Source of the DNA: an uncultured Saccharospirillaceae bacterium
GTDB taxonomy: Bacteria; Pseudomonadota; Gammaproteobacteria; Pseudomonadales; Oceanobacteraceae
Assembly (NCBI GenBank): GCA_947503895.1
Contig: CANNFT010000004.1
Location: 324,871-388,870 of the forward strand
Direction: 5' to 3'
DNA: 64,000 bases
Shown here: positions 1 through 10,534 of the stretch, piece after piece
How positions within the stretch are numbered: the first letter of the stretch is position 1
Layout of the letters: every line of letters begins with the position of its first letter
Translations under genes and position numbers: made by a program
The notes under the pieces: generated by a model
Databases searched by the model: none
Seen by the model: only the letters and a program-made list of their open reading frames with translations
Told to the model about the DNA's origin: nothing

Positions 1-2
1 TA

Positions 3-1028
3 TTGACGGGCACATACAACGAAGCACTGCAAGACGAATTAATCGACAAAGGTATTGTTGATTATATTCTCAAAGAAAACCGCTTCTCCTATGAATACGC
101 TGTCAGCCTGATTCACTATTTAAGGCTCAATCAAAATACACAGGTTTTAGTGGCAGAAGACTCAGACACTGCCCGCAATCATATTGTTCGATTACTTCGG
201 ACCAGTCATTTTCAAGTCTTTGAAAGCGAAGACGGCGAACAAGCATTAGAAACATTGAAGTTGAATCCAAACATAAAAATGGTCATAGCAGACTACCATA
301 TGCCTGTGATGGACGGATTTTTATTGGTCCAAGCCATTCGAAAGCAATTAAATCGGCATAACGTGGTGTGCATAGGGTTGTCATCCGCAGAGCAATCCGA
401 CCTGTCTTCAAGGTTTATTAAATACGGAGCGGATGATTTTTTGCCTAAGCCGTTTCAAGTAGAGGAATTCAATTGTCGAATTAAGCGAAATGTTGATGCC
501 ATCAGAATGTTAGACAAATTAGAAAATATGGCATACGAAGACTTTCTGACGGAGATTCCGAATAGAAGAAAATTCATGGAAGCAGGCAGTCAAATTTACG
601 CAGACTGCTTACACAGGGAAAAATCAATATCATTGGTTATTATGGATATCGATTTTTTTAAACGGGTTAATGACACCTATGGTCATGATATTGGCGACAT
701 AGTATTAAAAATGTTTTCAAGTGAATTATCGACATTCTTCAAAACCTTTTTATATGCTCGAACAGGTGGCGAAGAATTCGCGATGATTATGCCAACCATC
801 ACGGTTGAAAAAGCCTATCAATTATTAGAAGCCTTCCGTATACACGTAATGAATCATGAGATTGAAGCCGGTGAACAGAAATTAAACATCACATTCAGCG
901 GTGGATTATCCGGTGGGCAATTTAGTAACCTAGTCGCCCACATGCAGCACGCAGACGAACTGTTATACCGTGCAAAAGAAAAAGGCCGGAACGCCATCTG
1001 CGTTGAAACGGTGGCGGCATTAGATTAA
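3..1028 (+). CDS. Response-regulator diguanylate cyclase (REC-GGDEF), probably 5'-truncated by the window edge
   Basis: REC motifs (VLVAEDS, VIADYHMPVMDG, KPF) followed by a GGDEF domain (MDIDFFKRVNDTYGHDIGD, GGEEF). Confidence 0.9.
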   Translation: MTGTYNEALQDELIDKGIVDYILKENRFSYEYAVSLIHYLRLNQNTQVLVAEDSDTARNHIVRLLRTSHFQVFESEDGEQALETLKLNPNIKMVIADYHMPVMDGFLLVQAIRKQLNRHNVVCIGLSSAEQSDLSSRFIKYGADDFLPKPFQVEEFNCRIKRNVDAIRMLDKLENMAYEDFLTEIPNRRKFMEAGSQIYADCLHREKSISLVIMDIDFFKRVNDTYGHDIGDIVLKMFSSELSTFFKTFLYARTGGEEFAMIMPTITVEKAYQLLEAFRIHVMNHEIEAGEQKLNITFSGGLSGGQFSNLVAHMQHADELLYRAKEKGRNAICVETVAALD

Positions 1029-1041
1029 AAGGCTTTGTAGA

Positions 1042-1806
1042 ATGAATGTGGACTATTGGGATGAGGTCTCGAGTCGATACGATGATCGTATTTTTGATGT
1101 TCTAAATCACGATAAAAAATCCAGAATAAAAACACTGATTGCTTCCCATTTTAATCATCGAAAGAACGCGATCGCAGCAGACTATGGCTGCGGAACGGGA
1201 AAATTCTTAAATATTCTGCTAGGCATATTTAACAAAGTGTATGCGTACGACCTATCGCTAAACAATATTCGCTTAGTCGACGAACAGTTTTTAAATGATA
1301 AAAAACTACATACATCAACGCGTGATTTCAGCACAGGGTTAAACGCTGCCACTCAGATGGACTTTATATTATCTGTAAATGTCATGATAATGGATGACTT
1401 GAAAACGCGTTGGTCAATTATGCAGACCATCGTGAACGATTTAAAACCCAGTGGTCATGCATTGATAATAGTGCCTTCACTCGAAAGCGCATTGTACACA
1501 AGCAGTAAACTCATTGAATGGAATATTAAAGAAGGCATCGACCACGATCGCGCGAACTCAATCGGATTCGACCGTCCTAATACTAAGCAAATCCAAACGA
1601 TACGAGAAGGGGTGGTGGACGCGGGCGGAATTCCGACTAAGCACTATATTAAAGAAGAGTTAATATCGCTTTGTCGTTATCATCATGTAGACGTGCTGAC
1701 ACTAGAAAAACTCGAATATGATTGGAGTACTGAATTTATCCATCCACCACAATGGATGCAGTCACCTTATCCATGGGACTGGCTGTTGTATATTAAAAAG
1801 CCTTAA
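1042..1806 (+). CDS. Class I SAM-dependent methyltransferase, substrate unknown
   Basis: Motif I ADYGCGTG and acidic motif YAYDLS; 13 bp after the upstream gene. Confidence 0.8.
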   Translation: MNVDYWDEVSSRYDDRIFDVLNHDKKSRIKTLIASHFNHRKNAIAADYGCGTGKFLNILLGIFNKVYAYDLSLNNIRLVDEQFLNDKKLHTSTRDFSTGLNAATQMDFILSVNVMIMDDLKTRWSIMQTIVNDLKPSGHALIIVPSLESALYTSSKLIEWNIKEGIDHDRANSIGFDRPNTKQIQTIREGVVDAGGIPTKHYIKEELISLCRYHHVDVLTLEKLEYDWSTEFIHPPQWMQSPYPWDWLLYIKKP

Positions 1807-1849
1807 TAAATATCATGCATTAATCGCTCACCTTAATACTCTCCATATT

Positions 1850-1888
1850 GATGCAATCCAAATCGGCTTAGCGGGTTTGGGTTGCATC
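1850..1888 (+). other. RNA hairpin within a structured intergenic region
   Basis: GATGCAATCCAAATC / GGTTTGGGTTGCATC forms a 15-bp stem with 2 G-U pairs; no U-tract. Confidence 0.55.
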
Positions 1889-1970
1889 TCTTGAATTATG
1901 CTCATCAATATGTTTCGCTATATAGGCGTCGCTTTTGGCGCGTTTATATAATGGTTGAGGTGAGATATTT

Positions 1971-2450
1971 ATGTTTTACACGTTAAAGAAGATGCCAGCT
2001 TTTATGCTTTTGAGTATTGGATTAAGCGTGGGTATGCCATCTATCGCAGAAGAGAAAAAAAGCGAAACCGTTGAAGCGATTCAAAAGGATATTAAAGCCT
2101 CAATGGAGACACTGAAGGAGTTAACAGCGGATCGTAAAGAACGTGCCGCTGACCAAGTTGAGCTAGCGTTGGAAAAACTGGATGCACGCATTGATGATTT
2201 AGAGGATGCATTCGATGAAAAGTTTGAAGAAATGGATGAAGCTGCACGAAAAGAAGCGCGTAATAGCTTGCAGAAACTGCGTAAAAACAGAGCGAAGATG
2301 TCTGAGTGGTTGGGCGCGATGAAGCACAGTACCGCTTCAGCTTGGGATAAAATGAAGAGTAAAGTCTCAAAGTCATTTGATGCCCTGAGCGAGTCTTGGA
2401 ATGAAGCAGAAACTGAAATACAAGCGGAAACCAAGAGTAAATCGATTTAA
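1971..2450 (+). CDS. Secreted alpha-helical/coiled-coil hypothetical protein (sll1863/apolipoprotein-like pattern)
   Basis: Signal peptide ending ..PSIA; K/E/A-rich amphipathic helices with AWDKMK; GAGGTG RBS. Confidence 0.65.
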   Translation: MFYTLKKMPAFMLLSIGLSVGMPSIAEEKKSETVEAIQKDIKASMETLKELTADRKERAADQVELALEKLDARIDDLEDAFDEKFEEMDEAARKEARNSLQKLRKNRAKMSEWLGAMKHSTASAWDKMKSKVSKSFDALSESWNEAETEIQAETKSKSI

Positions 2451-2488
2451 TGCTGCTAAGTTGTGAAATCAAGGCCCAGTGAGGCTTG

Positions 2489-2539
2489 AATCGAGACATA
2501 AAAAATCGGACCCGTGTCCGATTTTTTTATGTCTCGATT
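2489..2539. terminator. Bidirectional intrinsic terminator
   Basis: AATCGAGACATAAAAAATCGGAC / GTCCGATTTTTTTATGTCTCGATT near-perfect inverted repeat between convergent genes. Confidence 0.8.
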
Positions 2540-2541
2540 TT

Positions 2542-2571
2542 TCAGTATCAGTATCAGTATCAGTATCAGTA
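2542..2571. repeat. Hexanucleotide microsatellite (TCAGTA)x5
   Basis: Five exact tandem copies followed by degenerate AAAGTA, CAAGTA. Confidence 0.95.
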
Positions 2572-2604
2572 AAAGTACAAGTAAAAGGGAAATAGCTATG
2601 TCTG

Positions 2605-4623
2605 TTAAGTGACTTTGAGTGCCTCAATGTCCTTGAATAAGGAAAGCGCCTCTGGGTTCTTCAAAGCATCGGTATTTTTTACGGGTTGATTATGCACAAC
2701 ATTACGCACAGCTAATTCAACAATTTTACCGCTGATGGTGCGTGGAATATCTGCTACTTGTATGATCTTTGCGGGTACATGACGCGGAGTTGTATTACTG
2801 CGTATGGTTGTTTTAATCGTATCGACCAAAGCATCATCTAGCTCGACACCCTCACGCAGAATGACAAATAAAATCACGCGAACATCGTCTTTCCATTCTT
2901 GCCCGATCGCAATGGATTCTAGTACAGCATCGACTTTTTCAACTTGGCGATAGATTTCTGCTGTGCCAATTCGAACGCCCCCCGGATTGAGAACGGCATC
3001 ACTACGGCCATGTATGATGACGCCATGATGATCAAATGCGTTGTTGTCTAGGTGCGGAACCCGTTCAGCGTAATCACCATGTGCCCAGATATTATCGTAC
3101 TGTGAAAAGTAAGCATTAAAATACTTTTCGCCGTTTTCATCATTCCAAAAGCCAATTGGCATGGAGGGGAAAGGCTTTGTGCAAACGAGTTCGCCTTTTT
3201 CTCCTACAACGGATTCACCTTGATCATTGTAAATATCTGTCGACATGCCCAAACCGGTGCATTGTAATTCACCACGATAGACCGGAAGTGTGGGTGAACC
3301 CAGTGCAAAACAGGATATGATGTCAGTGCCGCCTGAAATGGAAGATAAGCATACGTCTTGTTTAATATCGCGATAAACGTAATCAAAACTTTCGTGCGCT
3401 AAAGGTGAACCAGTTGATAGTACGGCTTTTAGCGCGGGTAATTGGTGGCTTTCTCTCGGCTTAACGCCGGCTTTTTCGAGTGCGGCAATGTATTTAGCAC
3501 TGGTGCCGAATACGCTGACATTTTCTTTCTCGGCCAAATCCCATAGGACATTGGGGTTTGGGCTAAAGGGCGATCCGTCGAATAAAACCACCTTTGCGCC
3601 GGTCATTAAGCTAGACACCAACCAATTCCACATCATCCAGCCGCAGGTGGTGTAATAAAAAATGCTGTCATCACTGTTTAGGTCTGTGTGAAAGACTAGT
3701 TCCTTGTAGTGTTGGATTAATGTGCCGCCGACGCCGTGTACGATGCACTTAGGCACGCCAGTTGTGCCCGAGCTGTACATAATATAAAGCGGATGATCAA
3801 AGGGAACAGCTTCAAATTTAAAAGAGGTTATCTGCTCATCCGTTAGCGCATTCTCTTGAATGCTTGTCCATATTGTCAGTTGAGTTGTAGACGGTAGTTG
3901 GGTTAATCGACGCTGTGTGGTGTCTTTATCCAAACTTAAATCCACATAAGGGACCACTATCAGTTGCTCAATATCGGAGAGTGATTCTAGAATCGCGTTT
4001 ACTCGGTCAAGGCTGTCGAGCGTTTTTTTGTTGTAGAAATAACCGTCTGTTGTTAACAACACTTTGGGTTTTATTTGTCCAAACCGATCCAGTACACCTT
4101 GAATGCCAAAATCAGGGGAACAGCTTGACCAAACGGCTCCTAGGCTCGTGGTTGCGAGCATAGCAACGATGGTTTGGGGCATGTTGGGCATAAAACCTGC
4201 GACTCGATCGCCTGATTTAATGCCTTGAGATTTTAGCCAGGTACTCAGTTGAATCACTTGGTGATACAGCTGCTGATAGGTGAGCGCTTGTTGTTTGCCT
4301 CGCTCATCATAAAAAACCAGTGCAGGTCTTTCATCTCGAAATTTTAATAAGTTTTCTGCAAAGTTTAGGGTGGCATTTGGAAACCATTTGGCACCGGGCA
4401 TCTTGTCTGCTTTTTCCAGTACAGCAGTATGGGGCTGGTGTTGTATAAAGCTGCCAAACTTCCATACATAGTCCCAAAAACGTTCGGAGTGCTGTACAGA
4501 AAAATCATGCAACGCTTGATACGAATTAAACTTATGGCCATCATTTTTAAGATATCGCATAAATTGATGAAGGTTGCTGTCTTTTAATCGTTTTTCACTG
4601 GGTGTCCATAGCGGCGCGGGCAT
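2605..4623 (-). CDS. aacS: Acetoacetate-CoA ligase (acetoacetyl-CoA synthetase)
   Basis: AMP-binding motif YIMYSSGTTGVPKCIVHG, GRSDAVLNPGGVRIGTAEIY; last gene of the liu operon. Confidence 0.9.
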   Translation of the reverse strand: MPAPLWTPSEKRLKDSNLHQFMRYLKNDGHKFNSYQALHDFSVQHSERFWDYVWKFGSFIQHQPHTAVLEKADKMPGAKWFPNATLNFAENLLKFRDERPALVFYDERGKQQALTYQQLYHQVIQLSTWLKSQGIKSGDRVAGFMPNMPQTIVAMLATTSLGAVWSSCSPDFGIQGVLDRFGQIKPKVLLTTDGYFYNKKTLDSLDRVNAILESLSDIEQLIVVPYVDLSLDKDTTQRRLTQLPSTTQLTIWTSIQENALTDEQITSFKFEAVPFDHPLYIMYSSGTTGVPKCIVHGVGGTLIQHYKELVFHTDLNSDDSIFYYTTCGWMMWNWLVSSLMTGAKVVLFDGSPFSPNPNVLWDLAEKENVSVFGTSAKYIAALEKAGVKPRESHQLPALKAVLSTGSPLAHESFDYVYRDIKQDVCLSSISGGTDIISCFALGSPTLPVYRGELQCTGLGMSTDIYNDQGESVVGEKGELVCTKPFPSMPIGFWNDENGEKYFNAYFSQYDNIWAHGDYAERVPHLDNNAFDHHGVIIHGRSDAVLNPGGVRIGTAEIYRQVEKVDAVLESIAIGQEWKDDVRVILFVILREGVELDDALVDTIKTTIRSNTTPRHVPAKIIQVADIPRTISGKIVELAVRNVVHNQPVKNTDALKNPEALSLFKDIEALKVT

Positions 4624-4737
4624 GGATGGCTCCTGTTACTGTGGATTCGGTTTTAAAGGTGGATGATGTTTAATGATACCTTTAATACACATGCATATAA
4701 AAAGCACTGATATAAGTTTAAGTTTGTAAATTTTGGT

Positions 4738-5685
4738 TTACTGAATCGCCATCGTGACCTTGCTTTGGTTTTGACGATCCAGAATATTGCAAATCCATTG
4801 GCTGGTGGAAACAAGGGATGATAAATCAATACCGGTTTCTATGCCCATACCGCTTAGCATGTAAACCACATCTTCGGTTGCGATATTACCACTCGCGCCT
4901 TTCGCATATGGACAGCCCCCTAATCCCGCGATGGCTGAGTCAATCTTGTCGATGCCCATCTCCAAACTCGCGTAGATGTTTGCCAGCGCCTGCCCGTAGG
5001 TATTATGGCAATGCACAGCAATTCGGTTGACCGGGACTTCTTTCAAAACGGCATCAAGCATGGATTGAAAGCGCTTAGGTGTGCCAACGCCAATGGTGTC
5101 ACCTAATGAAATTTCGTAACACCCCATATCAAAAAGTGTTTTTGCAACCTGCGCCACGGCAGACGGTTCAATGTCGCCTTCGTATGGGCAGCCAATGACC
5201 GTAGAAACATAGCCTCTCACCGGAATGTTACTGCGCTTCGCTGCGGACATCACGGATTCAAAACGTTTGAGGCTTTCATCTATGCTGCAGTTGATGTTCT
5301 TTTTTGAGAAGCTTTCTGATGCTGCGCCAAATATAGCGACTTCATCTGCTTTATATTGAACGGCACTTTCAAACCCTTGGAGATTGGGCGTCAACACGGT
5401 GTAAGAGAGTGGTAAAGCAGCCGAATCGACTTCAGTAGGTGAGTTATTTAAGCGAAATTGTATGCCGTCTTGACGGTGTAATTGAGTCAGTACGATATCT
5501 GTATGATTCATCTGCGGCACCCACTTGGGTGAGACAAAACTGCCGGCTTCTATTTTTCGTAAGCCAGAAGAGGCTAAACGCTCAATCAGCTCTACGCGAA
5601 CATCGGGCTCCAACGTTTTAACTTCATTTTGTAACCCGTCGCGCGGGCCGACTTCAATAATGGTGGCAGAAGAGGGTAATGACAC
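4738..5685 (-). CDS. liuE: Hydroxymethylglutaryl-CoA lyase
   Basis: EVGPRDGLQNE, HCHNTYG, GLGGCPYAKGASGNIATED. Confidence 0.95.
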   Translation of the reverse strand: MSLPSSATIIEVGPRDGLQNEVKTLEPDVRVELIERLASSGLRKIEAGSFVSPKWVPQMNHTDIVLTQLHRQDGIQFRLNNSPTEVDSAALPLSYTVLTPNLQGFESAVQYKADEVAIFGAASESFSKKNINCSIDESLKRFESVMSAAKRSNIPVRGYVSTVIGCPYEGDIEPSAVAQVAKTLFDMGCYEISLGDTIGVGTPKRFQSMLDAVLKEVPVNRIAVHCHNTYGQALANIYASLEMGIDKIDSAIAGLGGCPYAKGASGNIATEDVVYMLSGMGIETGIDLSSLVSTSQWICNILDRQNQSKVTMAIQ

Positions 5686-5773
5686 AGAGATACCTATAAA
5701 CGCATTTATTATTAAGTGAGTACGTTATTCATAATGTAAAGAAGCAGCAGGTAAACACCACCTGCTGATTGCA

Positions 5774-7870
5774 CTATGAAATAGCCGGTTCAATCAAGGG
5801 TTCTATTTCAATGAGAATATCACCACCACTGACCAAATCTCCCACTTTGAAGCTCAATCCTTTCACTTGGCCATCGTACGGCGCTTTAATAACATGCTCC
5901 ATTTTCATTGCTTCCATGATCATCAGAGCATCACCAGCTTTAACATCTTCACCGCTTTTCACATTCACTTGGATGAGTGTACCGTTCATGGGGGCGACTA
6001 AATTCCCGCTTTGGCCATCATCGGTGTCTATGATTAATTCGTAATGTTGCAATTCACTTTCACCCAAATCGTCATAGACCCACAATTTACTGCCATGCGC
6101 GACAACATTAGCTTTAGACCAGCGTCCTTCAATTTCGTACATTAATTCTTGGTGGGCCCCGTTGCATTGCAAGTGAGCGCGCACGGTAGCGGGTTGAATA
6201 TCGGGTTCCACATTTAAGTCGGTCTGTTCAATGGATAAGTTCCAATGATCATGCGCAATGTGTTCAACCAGCAAAGTACAACGCTCATTGTTACTGAGTT
6301 GAAAACGAAGGCGCTCACTGGAAGATTGATTTAATTGAAAACTCTGTAAGGCATGCCAAGGACTTCTTTGGTCGTCGGTGGCGCTGTGTACCGGTGCCCT
6401 TGTGATTAAGTGGTAGGCGGTGGCGGCTAATATGTGGTGTTTTTTTATAGATGTAGACGTTTGTAAACGTTCTGCATGTTCTTCAATAAATCTAGTGGAT
6501 ACATCACCTTCGCCAAATTGGTGAATTTTGGTTAAACGTCGTAAAAAAGATAGGTTGGTTTTTACACCGACAATTTGATATTGGCCTAAGGCTTCTTGTA
6601 ACGTTTTCAAGCATTGTGAACGGTCTTTTCCCCATACAATTAATTTTGAAATCATAGGGTCATAATAAGGACTAATTTGGTCTCCCTCTACGACGCCGGT
6701 ATCTAAGCGCACATGTTCGTCGATATGAGGCAGTTGAATAAAGTCTAGTACGCCGGTGGTGGGCAGGAACTGATTGTCAGTGTCTTCAGCATATACTCGC
6801 ACTTCCATTGCATGTCCATTGATGGCTAGAGATTCCTGATCAATTGGCAGTGGTTCGCCTTGTGCGACCTTGAGTTGCCATTCGACTAAATCTTGTCCTG
6901 TGATCATTTCCGTAACCGGATGCTCTACTTGAAGGCGTGTGTTCATCTCCATGAAATAAAAGTCACCTTGATCGAATAAAAATTCGACGGTGCCCGCGCC
7001 CACATAATGGATCGATTTTGCAGCTAAAATGGCGGCTTCACCCATGGCTTTTCGATCGGAATCTAAAAACAGTGGTGCGGGTGCTTCTTCAATGACTTTT
7101 TGATGTCGACGTTGAATAGAACAGTCTCGTTCAAATAAGTAGACGCCATTGCCCTCTTGATCTAGAAATACTTGAATCTCAACATGCCTTGGGCGTGTAA
7201 TGTATTTTTCAACCAATAGCTTTTCATCACCGAAGCTGTTTAACCCTTCTCGTTTGGATGCGGCTATTGCAGGTGCAATTTCTTGCTCGTTTTCGACCAC
7301 TCGCATGCCTTTGCCACCACCACCGGCACTGGCTTTAATGAGTGCGGGAAAACCAATTTTTTTTGTCTCGGCAATTAAGTGTGATTCATCTTGATTGTCG
7401 CCATGGTAGCCGGGCACCAATGGCACACCAGCTTTTTCCATTAAAGATTTCGATTCTGACTTTGAACCCATTGCACGAATTGCATCACTCGGTGGGCCAA
7501 TCCAGATTAAACCTGCTTCTTCAATTGCGTCGGCAAATGCTGCATTTTCACTTAGGAATCCATACCCTGGGTGAATGGCATCTGCTTGACTGACTTTAGC
7601 GATTTCCAGTAATTTTTTTGCGACAAGATAACTGTCTTTAGCAGGTGAGGGGCCAATGTAAAATGCTTCATCGGCCAGCTTTACATGTAGGGCCTGTTGA
7701 TCGGCATCGCTGTATACTGCGATGCAATGAATACCTAACTTTTGTGCCGTCTTCATGATGCGGCACGCAATTTCCCCACGGTTTGCAATTAATAACCGTG
7801 TGATGCTCTTGTTTTCCATTTTTGACTGGCCTGTTTTTGAATGAGTGGGAGAATGATTCGCATTTTGCAT
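5774..7870 (-). CDS. liuD: 3-methylcrotonyl-CoA carboxylase, biotin carboxylase/biotin carrier subunit
   Basis: ANRGEIA, HPGYGFLSEN, EMNTRLQVEHPVTE, biotinyl motif EAMKME; start could be 7819. Confidence 0.92.
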   Translation of the reverse strand: MQNANHSPTHSKTGQSKMENKSITRLLIANRGEIACRIMKTAQKLGIHCIAVYSDADQQALHVKLADEAFYIGPSPAKDSYLVAKKLLEIAKVSQADAIHPGYGFLSENAAFADAIEEAGLIWIGPPSDAIRAMGSKSESKSLMEKAGVPLVPGYHGDNQDESHLIAETKKIGFPALIKASAGGGGKGMRVVENEQEIAPAIAASKREGLNSFGDEKLLVEKYITRPRHVEIQVFLDQEGNGVYLFERDCSIQRRHQKVIEEAPAPLFLDSDRKAMGEAAILAAKSIHYVGAGTVEFLFDQGDFYFMEMNTRLQVEHPVTEMITGQDLVEWQLKVAQGEPLPIDQESLAINGHAMEVRVYAEDTDNQFLPTTGVLDFIQLPHIDEHVRLDTGVVEGDQISPYYDPMISKLIVWGKDRSQCLKTLQEALGQYQIVGVKTNLSFLRRLTKIHQFGEGDVSTRFIEEHAERLQTSTSIKKHHILAATAYHLITRAPVHSATDDQRSPWHALQSFQLNQSSSERLRFQLSNNERCTLLVEHIAHDHWNLSIEQTDLNVEPDIQPATVRAHLQCNGAHQELMYEIEGRWSKANVVAHGSKLWVYDDLGESELQHYELIIDTDDGQSGNLVAPMNGTLIQVNVKSGEDVKAGDALMIMEAMKMEHVIKAPYDGQVKGLSFKVGDLVSGGDILIEIEPLIEPAIS

Positions 7871-8736
7871 CAGGACGCCCTCTCATTAGATGGTGCGGTG
7901 TTGCTTGCAGGTATTGATGTTTCATCGACTGGAAATAGTGTTTCTAAGGGGAGGGAAGCGCACCAATTTGCAGGCCTTTTCTCTAAAAAAGAGGTTAAGC
8001 CTTCCTGCCCTTCATCGGAAACTCTTATGCCTGCAATGAGTGAAACGGTTTCATCGCGCATGTCTTGATTCACTTCACCACGAGATACCTGTCGAATGAG
8101 TTGCTTGGTTTTATTCAAGGCTTGCGGACTGTTCTGTAATAAGCTGTTGACCCAAGTGAGCACCTGTTCATGTTGAGCTTGATTATCGGATACAACACTG
8201 TGGATTAGCCCGAATGAATGAGCGGCATCAGCATCAAAGACTTCAGCGGTCAGAAAGTAACGTCGCGCTGTGCGCTCACCAATAGCGGACACCACATACG
8301 GGCTAATAACAGCCGGACTCAGGCCAATTTTAACTTCGCTTAGACAAAATCGACTTCGCTGCGTGGCAATCGCCATATCGCAACAACTGATCAAGCCTAC
8401 TGCACCACCATACGCTGCACCATCCACCAAAGCGATCGTCGGCTTTGTTAATTCATTTAGTGTCCGCATCAACTCACTGAGGGACTGAGCATCCGCTTTG
8501 TTTTCGGATTCATTTAAACTGGCCATGCGTTTCATCCAGTTTAAGTCCGCACCGGCAGAAAAATGCTTACCATTGGCTTTTAAAATGACAACGCGAATGT
8601 CGGGGTCATTGTTTATACTATTCAATGATTGGATGATCGATTGTATCAACACATCATCAAATGCATTGTGAACCTGCGGTTTATTTAAGGTCAGTGTGGC
8701 GACCTGTTGATGAACATTTATTAATAAATCTGACAT
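7870..8736 (-). CDS. liuC: Methylglutaconyl-CoA hydratase (crotonase family)
   Basis: FSAGADL, GAAYGGAVGL, LSEVKIGL; start moved to ATG 8736 behind a GGGAGG RBS. Confidence 0.9.
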   Translation of the reverse strand: MSDLLINVHQQVATLTLNKPQVHNAFDDVLIQSIIQSLNSINNDPDIRVVILKANGKHFSAGADLNWMKRMASLNESENKADAQSLSELMRTLNELTKPTIALVDGAAYGGAVGLISCCDMAIATQRSRFCLSEVKIGLSPAVISPYVVSAIGERTARRYFLTAEVFDADAAHSFGLIHSVVSDNQAQHEQVLTWVNSLLQNSPQALNKTKQLIRQVSRGEVNQDMRDETVSLIAGIRVSDEGQEGLTSFLEKRPANWCASLPLETLFPVDETSIPASNTAPSNERAS

Positions 8737-8837
8737 TGTCCCTCCCAGTATGACGTGCTCATGGTCACGAAGACACATAAAAAGTTACGTTTAAGTTCGC
8801 TGTTTTTTATTTCCAACGTTTAATGTCAATCAAACAT

Positions 8838-10445
8838 TTACATTCTGAAAATGCCAAACTGGGTCTTTTCTTGTGGTGCATTTAACGAAGCTGATATGGC
8901 TAAGCCTAATGTATTTCGTGTTTGAGCTGGGTCAATGACACCATCATCCCATAAGCGTGCAGATGCATAGTACGGATGACCTTCCGCTTCGTATTTTTCT
9001 AGTAGGGGTTGTTTAAAAGCAGTTTCCTCTTCTTCTGACCAGGCCTCACCTCGTTTGGCTTTCGCGTCCCGTGTGATGAGTGACATAACCCCTGCCGCTT
9101 GTTCGCCACCCATGACAGAAATACGGGCATTTGGCCACATCCACATAAAATTGGGATCGTAAGCTCGACCACACATACCATAATTGCCAGCGCCAAAACT
9201 GCCACCGAGGACAATCGTAAATTTAGGCACTTTTGCGCAAGCTACGGCGGTCACCATTTTGGCACCATGTTTGGCTATTCCTTGTGATTCATATTTTGAA
9301 CCAACCATAAAACCCGTAATGTTTTGCAGAAAAACGAGAGGGATATTTCGCTGGCAACATAACTCAATAAAGTTAGCGCCTTTTTGTGCAGACTCTGAAA
9401 ATAAAATACCGTTATTACCAATGATGCCGACTGGATAGCCCCAAATTCGAGCAAATCCACATACTAAGCTGCTGCCATAACGCGTTTTGTACTCGTCGAA
9501 TTCTGAACCATCGACGGTGCGCGCGATTACTTCACGAATATCATAGGGCCGCTTTAAATCGGTTGGTACAACACCATATATTTCATTGGGATGATAAAGG
9601 GGTTCGACGACTTCTCGGGTATCAAGCTGAGTTTGTTTTTGCCAGTTCAGTCTTGAGATGGCGTGGCGAGCAATTTGTAAGCCATGCTCATCATTTTCCG
9701 CGAGGTGATCCGCTACACCGGATGTGCCCGTATGCATAGCGCCACCACCTAATGTTTCGGCATCGACTTCTTCGCCGGTTGCCATTTTGACCAATGGAGG
9801 TCCCGCCAAGAAGATGGTGCCTTGTTCTTTTACAATAATTGATTCGTCGGCCATGGCTGGAACGTAAGCTCCGCCAGCGGTACAACTGCCCATGACCACT
9901 GCGATTTGTGGAATGCCTTTGGCCGACATATTCGCTTGATTAAAGAAGATTCGACCAAAGTGTTCTTTGTCCGGAAACACTTCATCTTGTCGAGGCAAAT
10001 TAGCACCACCGCTGTCGACCAGATAAATACAGGGTAAGTAATTCTTTTCTGCAATTTCTTGCGCACGTAAATGTTTTTTCACACTTAATGGGTAGTATGA
10101 GCCGCCTTTAACCGTCGCATCGTTTGCTACGATCATGCATTCAACCCCAGATACTTTTCCTATCCCTGCGACGACACCGGCACAAGGTACGTCTTCTTCA
10201 TACACTTGATAGGCCGCTAGCTGGCCAATTTCGAGAAAAGGTGATCCTTCATCTATGAGTGTCGCAATGCGCTCACGAACGAGTAATTTTCCACGACTTT
10301 TATGACGCGCTTGAGAACTTTCTCCACCACCCAGTTTAATATTGGCAATAGTGGAGCGGAGTGCATTCACCAATGTCTGCATACTGCTTTGATTGGCTTT
10401 AAACTCATCGGAGTTTGAATTAATTTTTGACTGAATGACTGGCAT
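8838..10445 (-). CDS. liuB: 3-methylcrotonyl-CoA carboxylase, carboxyltransferase subunit
   Basis: [28 protein letters not shown]-terminal FGIFRM. Confidence 0.95.
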   Translation of the reverse strand: MPVIQSKINSNSDEFKANQSSMQTLVNALRSTIANIKLGGGESSQARHKSRGKLLVRERIATLIDEGSPFLEIGQLAAYQVYEEDVPCAGVVAGIGKVSGVECMIVANDATVKGGSYYPLSVKKHLRAQEIAEKNYLPCIYLVDSGGANLPRQDEVFPDKEHFGRIFFNQANMSAKGIPQIAVVMGSCTAGGAYVPAMADESIIVKEQGTIFLAGPPLVKMATGEEVDAETLGGGAMHTGTSGVADHLAENDEHGLQIARHAISRLNWQKQTQLDTREVVEPLYHPNEIYGVVPTDLKRPYDIREVIARTVDGSEFDEYKTRYGSSLVCGFARIWGYPVGIIGNNGILFSESAQKGANFIELCCQRNIPLVFLQNITGFMVGSKYESQGIAKHGAKMVTAVACAKVPKFTIVLGGSFGAGNYGMCGRAYDPNFMWMWPNARISVMGGEQAAGVMSLITRDAKAKRGEAWSEEEETAFKQPLLEKYEAEGHPYYASARLWDDGVIDPAQTRNTLGLAISASLNAPQEKTQFGIFRM

Positions 10446-10473
10446 AGGCTTTCCGAATAATCATTAGCAAGTG

Positions 10474-10514
10474 ATTGAAACGCTTAGCGATCGATAGCAC
10501 GTTAGCGTTTCAAT
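10474..10514. other. Intercistronic stem-loop between liuA and liuB
   Basis: ATTGAAACGCT / AGCGTTTCAAT inverted repeat; possible mRNA stability element. Confidence 0.5.
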
Positions 10515-10534
10515 GTGTCGATGGTGCGTATTGA

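Noticed and set aside
2081-2499. Minus-strand ORFs 2081-2434 and 2092-2499
   Set aside because: Shadows of the plus-strand secreted protein, which has the RBS and signal peptide
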